Assembly (NCBI GenBank): GCA_963697335.1
Contig: CAVONQ010000007.1
Span: 32,001 to 96,000, forward strand
Source of the DNA: an uncultured cyanobacterium
GTDB taxonomy: Bacteria; Cyanobacteriota; Cyanobacteriia; PCC-6307; Cyanobiaceae
DNA length: 64,000 bases
Direction: 5' to 3'
Position numbers and translations under genes: made by a program. Under the pieces are notes generated by a model. It was not told the DNA's origin and made no database searches. It saw only the letters and a list, made by a program, of their open reading frames with translations. Positions 53,544-64,000 of the stretch are shown piece by piece; the stretch's first letter is position 1; each line of letters starts with the position of its first letter.

Positions 53544-54626
53544 TCAGCCCCAGGTGTCGAGGGGAGGCAGGGGCCGGCCCAAGGCGCTGGGGCAGATCCC
53601 CTCCCGCAGGGCCAGCACCAGGCCGGCGGCCTCGCTGTAGCTGCGCGCCGGCAGCACCTCCAGCCCCAGGGCCGCCCCATCCACCTGCAGCACGCAGGGG
53701 TTCTCCACGGCGATCAGGGGCACACCCCGCTCGGCGCAGGCCAGCACCGCCGCCCCCCCCAGAGCAGCCGCAGGGGCCACCACGGCTCCGATCTGCTCTG
53801 GAAGCAGCAGGGCTGGATCGGCCCAGGCCGGGCGGCCGTTGGTGAGCGGCACCAGGTCGGGCGCCCGACTGAGGCCCACCAGCACGCAGGGGAGGAAGGT
53901 GTGGCCGAGTTCTTCAGCGGCAGCCCTGGGGTCGAGGGCCGGATCCAGAGGCAGGGCAGGCAAGGCGGGAGCATGGGCGCAGGGCAAGCCCAGCTGATCG
54001 GTGAGCAAATGGCTGATCACCGCCTCGGCACCCGCCAGGGCGTCGACACCGGAGCCGCCCCGGTAGGCCGCCAGGGCCTCGCTGTCCCCAGCGTCCGGGA
54101 AGCGCACCACCACGGCAATGGCCGTGGCTCCCGCGGCCCGCAGCCGTTCCGCCCCCTGCAGCAGCAGATCCGGCCGAGCCAGTCCGCCCCAGCTGGCCCC
54201 ACTGGGGCCCCGCTCCAGGCGAACCTGCAACGGCCCGTCGGTGCCCAGCACCGGGCCGATCGTGAGGCCCAGGGTGGCCCGGCAAGCCTGCACCACCTGG
54301 AGATGGCGCTGCAGCAGCTGCTCTTCGATCCCCGCATCAAAGAGGACCCCAACCCGCTGGGCACGAACTGGACGCAGGGCCAGCTCGCCACCAGCGAAGC
54401 GGTCGAGGGCCGCCCCCTCCACATACAGGATGCGGGGGTCCCGCCAATAGAGCGCCGCCCCATTCATCACATTGGGATGGGTGATCAGGCAGCCGCTTGC
54501 CGCTGCCAGCAGTCGGGCGGCGGGCAGGGCATCGCCGGCATAGCCCCCCACCGCGCAGCCGATGCCGGTGGGCACCACGAGCAGGGTGGGCAGCGGCGGC
54601 GACAGCACCGCTTCAGGGGCGATCAC
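53544..54626 (-). CDS. DUF3326 family protein
   Basis: VPTGIGCAVGGYAGDA, THPNVMNGA, GVDALAGAEAVISH, AAAEELG. Confidence 0.85.
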   Translation of the reverse strand: MIAPEAVLSPPLPTLLVVPTGIGCAVGGYAGDALPAARLLAAASGCLITHPNVMNGAALYWRDPRILYVEGAALDRFAGGELALRPVRAQRVGVLFDAGIEEQLLQRHLQVVQACRATLGLTIGPVLGTDGPLQVRLERGPSGASWGGLARPDLLLQGAERLRAAGATAIAVVVRFPDAGDSEALAAYRGGSGVDALAGAEAVISHLLTDQLGLPCAHAPALPALPLDPALDPRAAAEELGHTFLPCVLVGLSRAPDLVPLTNGRPAWADPALLLPEQIGAVVAPAAALGGAAVLACAERGVPLIAVENPCVLQVDGAALGLEVLPARSYSEAAGLVLALREGICPSALGRPLPPLDTWG

Positions 54627-54838
54627 GGCTGGCGGGGCTGACCGATGACCACAGCTTCAAGGTCCAGGGCATCGCCGCACACCCCGGTGATGGCCCAGCG
54701 GAGCGGACGGCCGTGCATGGCCAGGGCGGCCAAGACCTGGGGGAGCAGGGGCCCGGGGCTGCGCTGCAACTGCAGCTCGACGGATCTGAGCTCAAGCGAG
54801 CTGGGGGAGACGGGCTCGGCGCTGGATGGGGCACTCAC
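54623..54838 (-). CDS. Small hypothetical protein
   Basis: HGRPLRWAIT...LEAVV; overlaps both neighbours by 4 nt. Confidence 0.65.
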   Translation of the reverse strand: MSAPSSAEPVSPSSLELRSVELQLQRSPGPLLPQVLAALAMHGRPLRWAITGVCGDALDLEAVVIGQPRQP

Positions 54839-55167
54839 TTCTGATACTGGCCGAACTGGAGGTCGTAGAGCGCGTCCTCCATGCCGGCGGTGAGGGTCAC
54901 GTCGCTGCTGGGAAAGGACACGCACAGCAGCGCATAGCCCTTCTCCTGCAGCTCCGGCTTCACTCCCATGGCGTCGGGCTGGCGCACCTGGCCCGTGGCG
55001 ATCAGGGCCGCGCAGGTGGTGCAGACCCCGGAGCAGCAGGAACTGGGCAGGGGCACGCCGGCCAGTTCGGCCGCCGCCAGCACCGTCTGGTCGGCTCGAC
55101 AGGGGAAGGTGTGGCTGGTGCCGTCGATCTGAGCAGTGATCGTGAAAGTCTGGGGCGCGTCAGTCAC
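54835..55167 (-). CDS. 2Fe-2S ferredoxin (minor)
   Basis: LPSSCCSGVCTTCAA, LLCVSFP, YDLQFG. Confidence 0.92.
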   Translation of the reverse strand: MTDAPQTFTITAQIDGTSHTFPCRADQTVLAAAELAGVPLPSSCCSGVCTTCAALIATGQVRQPDAMGVKPELQEKGYALLCVSFPSSDVTLTAGMEDALYDLQFGQYQK

Positions 55168-55927
55168 GGAGGCGTCCGGCGTCGGGCGGGGATGCCCCAT
55201 CCTCCCAGCCGAGCGGTCCTGAACCCAGATCCTGCCAGTGGCTCGGATGGGGAGCCAGATACTCCGGGGGGGCGGTTCCGGCCGGGGCACTCAGCACGAA
55301 GTCCAGGCTGAGGGAGCAGCGGATGGTGTCGGGGTCGCGGTTCGGCAGCACCGCATGGTCGAGGCTGGCGGGGAACAGCACCAGTAGCCCCGCGCGGGGA
55401 GCCACATCGACCCAGGGAAGGGTCCACGCCGAAGCCAGCAGGGGCCCGTCATGGCCCACGGCCATGCCAGGCACCAGCTCATTGCCGCTGGTCGGCGGAA
55501 ACAGGCGCAGGCAGCCCTGCTGGCCACTGCCATCACCGGTGAAGTAATACACCGCACTCAGATGGGCATTGGGATGGTGGTGGCGGCCCACCACCTGACC
55601 GGCCTCGCTGAGCACGGGCCAGCAGCGCTGCACATGCAGGGCCACCCGCTCCAGCGAGAAACCAAGTTGATTGAGAAAAGCGGCGGCATGGCCACAGAGC
55701 TGTTGCACCAAGGGCGCAAACGTGGCGTGGCGATGTAACTGCCACACCCCCTGCAGATCACCTGTCCAGGCGCAACCAGGATCAGGATTGCTGCAGGCGT
55801 CGCCGCGCAGGGCCAGGAGATCCTGAAGCTGGATAGCCAGATCAAGGGGATCTGGCCGTAGCTGCACCTCACCGAGGGCCACAGGGAAGAGCGGCTTGAG
55901 ATGGAGCTCGGCGCCGGAACGATCCAA
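55160..55927 (-). CDS. Putative 2OG-Fe(II) oxygenase (TIGR02466-like)
   Basis: LFPVAL start, HHHPNAHLSAVYY, LVLFPASLDHAVLPN, RCSLSLDF. Confidence 0.75.
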   Translation of the reverse strand: MDRSGAELHLKPLFPVALGEVQLRPDPLDLAIQLQDLLALRGDACSNPDPGCAWTGDLQGVWQLHRHATFAPLVQQLCGHAAAFLNQLGFSLERVALHVQRCWPVLSEAGQVVGRHHHPNAHLSAVYYFTGDGSGQQGCLRLFPPTSGNELVPGMAVGHDGPLLASAWTLPWVDVAPRAGLLVLFPASLDHAVLPNRDPDTIRCSLSLDFVLSAPAGTAPPEYLAPHPSHWQDLGSGPLGWEDGASPPDAGRLRD

Positions 55928-55962
55928 GGGAGCCTGCTGAGAGGGAGACGTGGAAGGTCCCC

Positions 55963-56916
55963 TCAGGCCATGGCGGCCGAGCCACCCACCACTTCGAGAA
56001 TCTCCTGGGTGATGGCGGCCTGGCGAGCTTTGTTGTAGTCCAGCGTCAGGGTCTTGGCGAGAGCCTTGGCATTGTCGCTGGCGTTGTTCATGGCCGTCAT
56101 CCGGCTCGCCAGTTCCGAGGCGGCGGCCTCCTGCAGGGAGCGCAGCAACTGATTCTGCATGTACAGCGGCAGCAGAGCGTTCAGCAACTGCTCGGGGCTC
56201 TGGTCAAAGACGATGTCCGAGGGCAGGGAAGGGGCGACGTTGCTGGCGCTACCCGCTTCCACCACCAGGCGACCCTCACGGGTGGTGAGCCTGAACATCT
56301 CATCCTCTGGGGTGGCAATCCCCTGGGAATCGAGGGGCAGCAGCGTCTGAATAACAGGCCTGGAGCTCACCAGGTTGATGAACTTGGTGAAGATAATTTC
56401 CACCCGGTCGGTAGAGGCGGAGAGGAATTCCGCCAGGATTTCGTTTGAAATCGCCATGGCCTCATCGGCACTAGGCACCTGCTCAAGGCCAGTAAACGTG
56501 GCCCGAATGGTGTAGAGGCTGGCGCGATTCTGGAAGTAGGTGATGGCCTTGCGGCCGATCAGAACCAGATCCACCTTGAAGCCCTGGCCCACCAGCTCAG
56601 CGTGGCGCAGTTCCGTGCGCTTGATGATGTTGGCGTTGTAGCCACCGCAGAGCCCACGATCACCTGTGACGGCCAGCAGGGTGATCTGATCCACGGGGCG
56701 GGACTCCAGCAGGGGAGCATCCACATCTTCGAAGCGCATGCGCGACTGGAGATTTTCCAGGACGCGGGCCAGGCGATCGGCAAAGGGGCGACTGCGCAGG
56801 ACCTGGTCCTGGGCGCGACGCACCTTGGCAGCAGCCACGAGACGCATGGCCTCGGTGATCTTGCGGGTGTTCTTGACAGAACTGATGCGGTCGCGGATTT
56901 CCTTGAGGTTGGCCAT
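55963..56916 (-). CDS. atpG: ATP synthase F1 gamma subunit
   Basis: [34 protein letters not shown]. Confidence 0.98.
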   Translation of the reverse strand: MANLKEIRDRISSVKNTRKITEAMRLVAAAKVRRAQDQVLRSRPFADRLARVLENLQSRMRFEDVDAPLLESRPVDQITLLAVTGDRGLCGGYNANIIKRTELRHAELVGQGFKVDLVLIGRKAITYFQNRASLYTIRATFTGLEQVPSADEAMAISNEILAEFLSASTDRVEIIFTKFINLVSSRPVIQTLLPLDSQGIATPEDEMFRLTTREGRLVVEAGSASNVAPSLPSDIVFDQSPEQLLNALLPLYMQNQLLRSLQEAAASELASRMTAMNNASDNAKALAKTLTLDYNKARQAAITQEILEVVGGSAAMA

Positions 56917-56934
56917 GGTTTTGTTTCCTCCTGC

Positions 56935-58452
56935 TCAGATCGAGGCCAACATGGTGGATTTCACTTCAGTGATGGCGTCCTTGAGCATGGCTTCCGCCTC
57001 TTCGCTGAGCACCTTCTCGGTTAGCACCTTGGAGATGTAGTCGGGCTTGTTGGACTTGAGGTACTCACGCAGTTCGCGACAGAACTGGACAACCCCATCC
57101 ACTGGAACCTCATCAATCAGGCCCTTCACACCGGCGTAAACGACAGCCACCTGCTCCGCAAGGTTCAGCGGGCTGAACTGCGGCTGCTTGAGGATTTCGC
57201 GCAGCCGCTTGCCCCGGCCCAGCTGCGCCTGGGTAGCAGCATCCAGGTCAGATGCGAACTGAGAAAAAGCTGCCAGTTCATCGAACTGAGCCAACTCGAG
57301 CTTGAGGGTGCCGGCAATTTTCTTGATGGCCTTGGTCTGGGCAGCACCCCCCACTCGACTCACCGAGATGCCCACGTTGATGGCAGGGCGGAGGCCGGAG
57401 TTGAACAAGTCGGAGCTGAGGAACACCTGGCCATCGGTGATCGAGATCACATTGGTGGGGATATACGCCGATACGTCGCCAGCCTGGGTCTCAATGATCG
57501 GCAGCGCAGTCATCGAGCCCTTGCCCATGGCATCAGAGAGCTTGGCGGCGCGCTCAAGCAGGCGGCTGTGGCAGTAGAAAACATCGCCGGGGTAGGCCTC
57601 GCGGCCGGGAGGCCGGCGGAGCAGGAGGGACATCTGGCGATAGGCCTGGGCCTGCTTGGTGAGGTCGTCATAGATCACCAGGGTGGCCTTGCCCTTGTAC
57701 ATGAAGTATTCGGCCAGAGCTGCACCGGTGTAGGGAGCCAGGTATTGCATCGCGGCCGCCTCAGAGGCACTGGCACAAACCACGATCGTGTAGTCGAGGG
57801 CGCCTTTTTCACGAAGGACATCGACCACATTGGCCACAGAGGCATTCTTCTGGCCAATCGCCACATAAACGCAGACCACATCTTGGCCCTTCTGGTTGAT
57901 GATCGTGTCGATCGCGATGGCGGTCTTGCCAGTCTGACGGTCACCGATGATCAGCTCGCGCTGGCCGCGACCAATGGGGATCATCGCGTCAATCGCGGTA
58001 ATGCCGGTCTGCAAGGGCTCATGCACCGACTTGCGCTCGATGATGCCAGGCGCCATCGACTCGATCAGGCGGGATTCGGTGCTAGCAATGTCCCCTTTGC
58101 CATCGATCGGCTGACCAAGGGAGTTGACCACCCGGCCGAGCATGGCGTCACCCACCGGCACGGAGGCGATCTTGCCGGTGGCCTTAACGGTGCTGCCCTC
58201 CTGGATGCCACGGCCCTCGCCCATCAGCACAACGCCGACGTTGTCATCCTCAAGGTTGAGAGCAATCCCCTCGGTGCCATCCTCAAACTCAACCAGTTCG
58301 CCGGCCATGGCCTGCTGCAGGCCGTAGACGCGGGCGATGCCGTCGCCGATCTGCAGCACGGAGCCGACGTTGTTGACGGCCACCGACTTGTCGTAGTCCT
58401 CAATCTGCTGCTTGAGGATGGCGCTGATCTCGTCAGGACGGATGGAAACCAT
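56935..58452 (-). CDS. atpA: ATP synthase F1 alpha subunit
   Basis: [23 protein letters not shown]. Confidence 0.99.
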   Translation of the reverse strand: MVSIRPDEISAILKQQIEDYDKSVAVNNVGSVLQIGDGIARVYGLQQAMAGELVEFEDGTEGIALNLEDDNVGVVLMGEGRGIQEGSTVKATGKIASVPVGDAMLGRVVNSLGQPIDGKGDIASTESRLIESMAPGIIERKSVHEPLQTGITAIDAMIPIGRGQRELIIGDRQTGKTAIAIDTIINQKGQDVVCVYVAIGQKNASVANVVDVLREKGALDYTIVVCASASEAAAMQYLAPYTGAALAEYFMYKGKATLVIYDDLTKQAQAYRQMSLLLRRPPGREAYPGDVFYCHSRLLERAAKLSDAMGKGSMTALPIIETQAGDVSAYIPTNVISITDGQVFLSSDLFNSGLRPAINVGISVSRVGGAAQTKAIKKIAGTLKLELAQFDELAAFSQFASDLDAATQAQLGRGKRLREILKQPQFSPLNLAEQVAVVYAGVKGLIDEVPVDGVVQFCRELREYLKSNKPDYISKVLTEKVLSEEAEAMLKDAITEVKSTMLASI

Positions 58453-58541
58453 GGGAGAAATCCCCGCAGGGGGAATGGAGGGAACTGGGGGGAGAGTGAT
58501 GGGGAGGGAGCGGCGACTCCCGAGGAAGAGCGGGCTGGGTC

Positions 58542-59090
58542 CTAGCCGACCTTGGCCAGGGCAAGACCGAGGCGCCGGACCTGGCCGGAAAGGCTGGCGT
58601 CGACCACCTGGGAGCCCACACTGACGATGAAACCGCCGATCAGGGCGGGGTCGATCTGCAGATCAACCTCGACGGCCTCGGTGCCAGCCAGGGCCTGCAC
58701 CTTGGCGGTGAGCTGCTGCTGCTGCTCTTCGCTCAGCGGCGTAGCCGAGGTGACGGTGGCCTTGGCGATGTTGCGCAGCTCGCGGTAGAGCTCAAGGAAG
58801 CGCATCAGCACCGCATCGAGCACGGCGATGCGCTGACGATCAGCCAGCACTTTGAGCAGATTCTGGAGCGAGGCCTCGGTCTGGTCCTTGAACAGAGCGT
58901 CCAAGGCCGCCTTCTTGGCCTCAGGCTCAAGCACCGGTGAGGCCATGGCCTCCCGCAGCTGGGAGGAGGCCTTCCAGATGGCCAGGAGGTCACGGGCCTG
59001 TTCAGCCACCTTGTCGGTTTCTTCTCGAGCCTCGGTGACCTGCAGCAGGGCCTCGGCATAGGGGCTGGCCAGAGTATTGAGCAGAGGCAT
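58542..59090 (-). CDS. atpH: ATP synthase delta subunit
   Basis: PYAEAL, DPALIGG, VDASL; operon position. Confidence 0.95.
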   Translation of the reverse strand: MPLLNTLASPYAEALLQVTEAREETDKVAEQARDLLAIWKASSQLREAMASPVLEPEAKKAALDALFKDQTEASLQNLLKVLADRQRIAVLDAVLMRFLELYRELRNIAKATVTSATPLSEEQQQQLTAKVQALAGTEAVEVDLQIDPALIGGFIVSVGSQVVDASLSGQVRRLGLALAKVG

Positions 59091-59611
59091 CAGGCGTTCC
59101 CCAGTTTCTGGATGGACTGATCGATCAGACGGGCCTGGGCAGAGGCATCGAGCTTGCCGGGCAGGCAGGCGAGGGCCCTGTCGATCGCCTGCTGGGCGGC
59201 TTCCCGGCGCAGACCTTCGCTGACCCTGGAGGCCTCGGCATCCAGATCGGCCATGGCGCCCTGCTTGAGCCGGGCCATCTCATCAATGGTGCGGGCCTCA
59301 CTCTCAGCCCGAATGGCGACTGCCCGGGCCTTGCCATCCAAGCGAATCTGCTCGGCCTTCTGCTGAGCTGCGGCGAGGGCGCCTTGGGCCTCAGCCAGAC
59401 TGGCGTTGGCCTGGCTCAGGCGTTGCTCGGCATCGTCGAGGTCACTGAGGATGGCAGCCCTGCGGCGCTCCAGAATCCCGCCCAGGAAACTGGGAAGGAA
59501 CTTCCAGAGGGCGGCGATCACGATCACCAGGTTGATGATGTTGGTCTCGAACAGATCGAGGTTCAGACCAAAGCCGCCGTGGCTGGCGAAAAGAGGGAGC
59601 ATGGAGGTCAT
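59090..59611 (-). CDS. atpF: ATP synthase F0 subunit b
   Basis: [15 protein letters not shown] followed by a coiled coil. Confidence 0.94.
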   Translation of the reverse strand: MTSMLPLFASHGGFGLNLDLFETNIINLVIVIAALWKFLPSFLGGILERRRAAILSDLDDAEQRLSQANASLAEAQGALAAAQQKAEQIRLDGKARAVAIRAESEARTIDEMARLKQGAMADLDAEASRVSEGLRREAAQQAIDRALACLPGKLDASAQARLIDQSIQKLGNA

Positions 59612-60081
59612 GGCGCGGGGGCCAGCAGACGGGAGACGATCAGATCGGCCAGGCCGTCGGACTCGCCAGTCAGGCGGGCGAGTGCCTGATCCCGCTGGGC
59701 ATCGATCTCACGACGGGCCTCTTCTCGCTGGGCGTTGGCCTCGGCAGTCGCCGCAGCCAGGGCGGAGCGATAGAGCTGGTCCATCTCCTGCTCGGCTTCG
59801 ACGATCAGCTGCTGGGCCTGTTGACGGGCCTCCTTGAGCTGCTCGCGCAGGTCGCCCTCCAGCCGCTCAACCTGGGCAAGCTTCTGCTTGGCGTCGGCAC
59901 GACTGGTGCTGATGAAGCCTTCGCGCTCCTCAACGGCCCGGCCAACGGGACGGAAGAACAGCGAGTTGAGGATGAAGGTGAGGAGGACCACCTGCACAGC
60001 CATCAGCGGCAAGGTGGCGTCGAGGTCGAAGAGACCTCCCTCGGGTGTGCCTGCTTCGGCGAGCAGAAGCCAGCTGGTCAT
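59608..60081 (-). CDS. atpF2: ATP synthase F0 subunit b'
   Basis: [16 protein letters not shown] followed by a coiled coil. Confidence 0.94.
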   Translation of the reverse strand: MTSWLLLAEAGTPEGGLFDLDATLPLMAVQVVLLTFILNSLFFRPVGRAVEEREGFISTSRADAKQKLAQVERLEGDLREQLKEARQQAQQLIVEAEQEMDQLYRSALAAATAEANAQREEARREIDAQRDQALARLTGESDGLADLIVSRLLAPAP

Positions 60082-60134
60082 GGGAATCGATGCGCTGGAG
60101 GGATCGGGATGGGAAAGGGGGCCGAGCTGCCAGG

Positions 60135-60159
60135 CGGTAGGGGAATGAAACCCCTACCG
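60135..60159. repeat. Stem-loop downstream of the subunit c gene
   Basis: CGGTAGGGG-AATGAAA-CCCCTACCG. Confidence 0.75.
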
Positions 60160-60179
60160 ACCGTCCACTCAGAGGCCGA

Positions 60180-60590
<411 letters not shown>

Positions 60591-61319
60591 CTAGTGGTGC
60601 TCCTCGTGGACCGCTTCACCGATGTAGTAAGCGGCAAGGGTGGCAAAGATCAGAGCCTGGATTGCGCTGGTGAACAGGCCCAGGAACATCGCCGGAAGCG
60701 GCACCAGCAGGGGAACCAGGAAAGCCAGCACGGCAACCACGAGTTCGTCGGCCAGGATATTACCGAAAAGTCGGAAAGAGAGCGAAAGTGGCTTAGTGAA
60801 ATCCTCGACAATCTTGAAGGGGAGCATGATCGGCGTGGGCTCCACGTAATACTCGAAGTAACGCAGCCCTTTGCGGCTCAGGCCCGCGTAGAAGTAAGCG
60901 AGCGACACCAGCAGTGCCAGCGCAATGGTGGTGTTGATGTCGGCGGTCGGGGCGCCAAGCTCGCCGCTGGGCAGGTGAATGAGCTTCCAGGGAACCAGCG
61001 CTCCTCCCCAGTTGCTCACGAAGATGAACAGGAACAGCGTGCCGATGAAGGGCATCCAGTCTCGGTAGGCCCGTTCACCGATCTGTTCCCGGGAGAGGTC
61101 GCGGATGTAATCCCACAGAAACTCCAGCAGGTTCTGGGTGCCGCGTGGGTCACGCTCGAGCTTGCGCGTTCCTGCGATCACGAGGGCCAAAAGGGCACCG
61201 ATCACGACCCACGAGCTCAGGAACACCTGACCATGGATCTTGAGGTTGCCCAGCTGCCAGTAGAGGTGTTGACCCACCTCAAGCTCGGCGAAAGGAAGAA
61301 CGGAAGGCAGCGCAAGCAT
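60591..61319 (-). CDS. atpB: ATP synthase F0 subunit a
   Basis: [31 protein letters not shown]. Confidence 0.98.
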   Translation of the reverse strand: MLALPSVLPFAELEVGQHLYWQLGNLKIHGQVFLSSWVVIGALLALVIAGTRKLERDPRGTQNLLEFLWDYIRDLSREQIGERAYRDWMPFIGTLFLFIFVSNWGGALVPWKLIHLPSGELGAPTADINTTIALALLVSLAYFYAGLSRKGLRYFEYYVEPTPIMLPFKIVEDFTKPLSLSFRLFGNILADELVVAVLAFLVPLLVPLPAMFLGLFTSAIQALIFATLAAYYIGEAVHEEHH

Positions 61320-61344
61320 CGGGGGGATCAGGGGGACGGAGAAT

Positions 61345-61827
61345 TCAGGTGTCGAGCACGGCCTGCAGGATCACTGCGGGCTTGTAGAGCAGAAACCCCA
61401 GGAAAGCAGGCAGCAGATCCAGCTGGGGCAGGCGGCAGGCTGCCAGCACGAGCAGAATGGGCACGAGCAGCTGGGCCTTGCCCATGCCGCGTCGCTCACC
61501 ACCCAGCCGGGTGACGCTGCGCCCGAGCAGGCGCAGATAGAGGAGGGCGGCCGTAGCCCCCACCAGCACAGCGAGGGCTGCGCTCCAGCTCACCAGCAGA
61601 CCGGTGGCCAGGACGGCCACAGCGCTGAGCAACAGGGTGAACTGCTGCAGCTTCACTTGGAGCCGGTAATACTCGGCCATGCCGTTGTCCGGCTCAGCAG
61701 CAAACGGCTGGGGCGATTGCCCGTCAGCAGCAGGGTCCACGTCCCCTGCCGGCTGGACGGGATCAACCGGTCCTGTCACCTGATCAGCCAAGGGCTGCCC
61801 AGGCAGGCAAGGTGGAGAAACCGACAA
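61345..61827 (-). CDS. atpI: ATP synthase protein I (Atp1)
   Basis: MAEYYRLQ...YLRLLGRSV...FLGFLLYK, first gene of the atp operon; true start may be further downstream. Confidence 0.85.
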   Translation of the reverse strand: MSVSPPCLPGQPLADQVTGPVDPVQPAGDVDPAADGQSPQPFAAEPDNGMAEYYRLQVKLQQFTLLLSAVAVLATGLLVSWSAALAVLVGATAALLYLRLLGRSVTRLGGERRGMGKAQLLVPILLVLAACRLPQLDLLPAFLGFLLYKPAVILQAVLDT

Positions 61828-61860
61828 CCGAGCCGACCCTAAGAAAGCGCGCGGAATCTA

Positions 61861-63111
61861 TCACGCAGCCCCAGAAGCCAGTGGTAGCAATACCCGGGCG
61901 GCCAACAGCTCCCGGGCGGCGCCCAGCCTGCGCTGCTCCAATGAAGCGATTGTGTCGTCCGTCGAACTGGCTGTCGAGCTGTCCACAGGCAAGGCACCGA
62001 TCGCCGTGCCCAGGGGGGCGGCCTCCAGGGCCTGCATCAGGGCCAGGGCCTCGCTGCTGAGGCTCAGGGGCATCAGATCCGGATCGAGCAGCTCCGTGGA
62101 GGGCCAGCCCCAGAGGCAGCGGTTGCGGATGCCGCCAGCCGCCAGCAGAGCTCCATCGTCATCCCAGCAGGGGGTGGGCAGCGCCCCCTGGGAGAGAAAG
62201 AACTCGAAGTGGCTGATCTCAGGGTCCAGATCCTCCACCAGGGCCCAACGCTCCAACTCCGGCAAGGCCTGGGCCCTCTCCAGAAGTTCGCCGCCCAGCA
62301 ACCGGGCCGGGTCCCAGACGGGCGGATTGGAGAAGCCGGCAAACGAGAGCTCCGCGCTCTGCACGAAGGCCATCAACCGCTCCAGGTTGTAGCTGGTCTC
62401 CTGGGGATGCAGGTACATGTCGGCGAAGTTGGCCTCGGCCGCGGTGTCGAGGGCCCAGCGCTGCTCATGGTGCCGCCGCAGCCGGTTGGTCTCGGGCAGG
62501 TCGGCGAAGAGCTGACGACCGAGCCGCAGCCCCGCGCTGCCGCTGCCCACCCCCAGACGGCCGAGGCTGCGCTGGATCCGGTGGATTTCCCAACGCCCGC
62601 CATCGGCATACAGGAACAGATGCAGGAGGCCGCCCGGCCTGAGCAGGCCCGCCAGGGCCTTCAGCCCGGCCTCCGGCTGGCGCAGGTGATGGAGCACACC
62701 CACCGAATTGATGTAGTCGAAGGGCCCCTCGCCGGCCAGGTCGAGCAGGCTGCGCTGCTCGATGCGCAGCTCCCTGACCTGCTGGGCGGCGCCGGAGCGG
62801 CGGGTGCGCTCCCGGGCCACGTCCAGGGCACCGGCACTGATGTCCACCGCCAGCACTGACGAGCCCGGGTTGAGATGGCACAGGTAGTCGGTGCTCACCC
62901 CAGTGCCGCAGCCGGCGTCCAGGATCCGCCAGGCCCGCCGGCCTGAGGGCCCAGGCGGCGGCAGGGCACCGGTGGCGGCCACCCAGGCGCTGTCGACACA
63001 CCAACGCCAGTTGTATCCAGGCGGAGGGCCGTCCTGGAGCGGATCGGCTGGGTAGGGGAAACGGTCGTAGAAGGCGCTCACCACAGGGGTGGCGGCATCA
63101 CTGGCGGACAC
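61861..63111 (-). CDS. Class I SAM-dependent methyltransferase
   Basis: FYDRFPYP, ILDAGCGTG, FDYINSVGVLHHL, FADMYLHPQE. Confidence 0.9.
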   Translation of the reverse strand: MSASDAATPVVSAFYDRFPYPADPLQDGPPPGYNWRWCVDSAWVAATGALPPPGPSGRRAWRILDAGCGTGVSTDYLCHLNPGSSVLAVDISAGALDVARERTRRSGAAQQVRELRIEQRSLLDLAGEGPFDYINSVGVLHHLRQPEAGLKALAGLLRPGGLLHLFLYADGGRWEIHRIQRSLGRLGVGSGSAGLRLGRQLFADLPETNRLRRHHEQRWALDTAAEANFADMYLHPQETSYNLERLMAFVQSAELSFAGFSNPPVWDPARLLGGELLERAQALPELERWALVEDLDPEISHFEFFLSQGALPTPCWDDDGALLAAGGIRNRCLWGWPSTELLDPDLMPLSLSSEALALMQALEAAPLGTAIGALPVDSSTASSTDDTIASLEQRRLGAARELLAARVLLPLASGAA

Positions 63112-63261
63112 GGCAGCAGGGCGATCTGGCGGCGAGCATTTCACGGCGGCCGCAGCGTCGGGCTCGTACCGGGGCTGCCGGGGCTGCAAACATTTGTTCA
63201 ACAGGTCCCGGTGCTCCTGGCACCGAGCCGTAGGTTGGCGCGGCCCGGTTCGCTCTCGTCA

Positions 63262-64000
63262 ATGACCGTGACCGCCAGCAGCGGCAGCACCAGGGTTGCT
63301 CCCCAGCGCTACGACACCCTGCCGCTGTCCAGCGTCCGTCAGGCGGAGCAGGAAGACCGCTTCCCGGATGGGGGGGAACTGAACAACCTGGTCACGTTCT
63401 TTCAGAGCGGCCAGAGGCGGGTGGAGGCAGCCCGTCGCATTTCGGACAATGCCGACTTCATCGTGGCCAAGGCGGCCAACAGGATCTTCTCGGGTGGCAC
63501 ACCGCTCTCCTACCTGGATGCGCCCCTCAGTCCTGCGGCCCGGTCGGGCAGCCAGACCGCTGTCCTGGCCAGTGATCAGGCCGCCTTCCGCCGTTCGGTC
63601 GAAACCTACGCAGGGGCCAGCGGCAGCAGCGGCCGCGGCAACCTGATCAGCCGCCTGCTGGAGGGAGCTGGCGGCGACGCCGACGTGCGCGTGGTGCTGC
63701 CGACCGGCTTCTCGCCGATTGCGGTGGGTCTTTACGGCACCGCCAGGATGCGGAAATCGATCCGCGACCTGGCCTGGTTCCTTCGCTACGTGGGCTACGC
63801 CCTGGTGGCCGGCGACCCCAGCATCCTGGCCGTCAACACCCGCGGCCTCCGCGATGTGCTGGAAAAGGCCTGCTCCTTGACAGCCACCAATGTGGCCCTG
63901 CAGGAAATGCGGGCGGCCTCGGCCGGCCTGTTCAAGGGCGAGCCTGACACCCGCCAGCTGGTGATCCAGTATTTCAATGTGCTCATCGCCGAGCTGGCGA
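63262..64000 (+). CDS. apcE: Phycobilisome core-membrane linker ApcE (3'-truncated; missing from the ORF track)
   Basis: Own translation from ATG 63262: MTVTASSGSTRVAPQRYDTLPLSSVRQAEQEDRF...KSIRDLAWFLRY...NTRGLRDVLEKACS, with the chromophore Cys codon at 63871. Confidence 0.96.
   Translation, partial: MTVTASSGSTRVAPQRYDTLPLSSVRQAEQEDRFPDGGELNNLVTFFQSGQRRVEAARRISDNADFIVAKAANRIFSGGTPLSYLDAPLSPAARSGSQTAVLASDQAAFRRSVETYAGASGSSGRGNLISRLLEGAGGDADVRVVLPTGFSPIAVGLYGTARMRKSIRDLAWFLRYVGYALVAGDPSILAVNTRGLRDVLEKACSLTATNVALQEMRAASAGLFKGEPDTRQLVIQYFNVLIAELA

Overview
High-GC picocyanobacterial chromosome segment (Cyanobium/Synechococcus-like, inferred from gene content and protein sequences). Most of it is core genome: nblS (5'-partial), kaiABC, rplU-rpmA, truB, rnz, psbV, petF, prmA, serA, tRNA-Val(GAC), murD, rpoZ, pyrR, gpmI, secG, groESL (with CIRCE and K-box), atpD-atpC, PSRP-3, pepP, nadD-nadE, ald, rlmH, the main ATP synthase operon and apcE (3'-partial). 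Two accessory blocks stand out. (1) About 9 kb at 35334-44370, between atpC and PSRP-3, holds a TerY-P-type triad (Ser/Thr kinase, vWA, PP2C). Here the PP2C is membrane-anchored, and the triad sits with an FHA membrane protein, a divergently transcribed FHA-class A penicillin-binding protein fusion, a rhomboid-like protein lacking its catalytic residues, and a frameshifted membrane protein whose N-terminal domain resembles that of the rhomboid-like protein. This is the best candidate for an undescribed system: a phospho-switch coupled to cell-wall synthesis or envelope defence. (2) A GSCFA/SGNH-like gene pair plus an orphan at 28629-30907. No CRISPR array, transposase, integrase or rRNA was seen. 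All calls come from motif recognition by eye; no searches were run, and several start codons were re-chosen by judgement.
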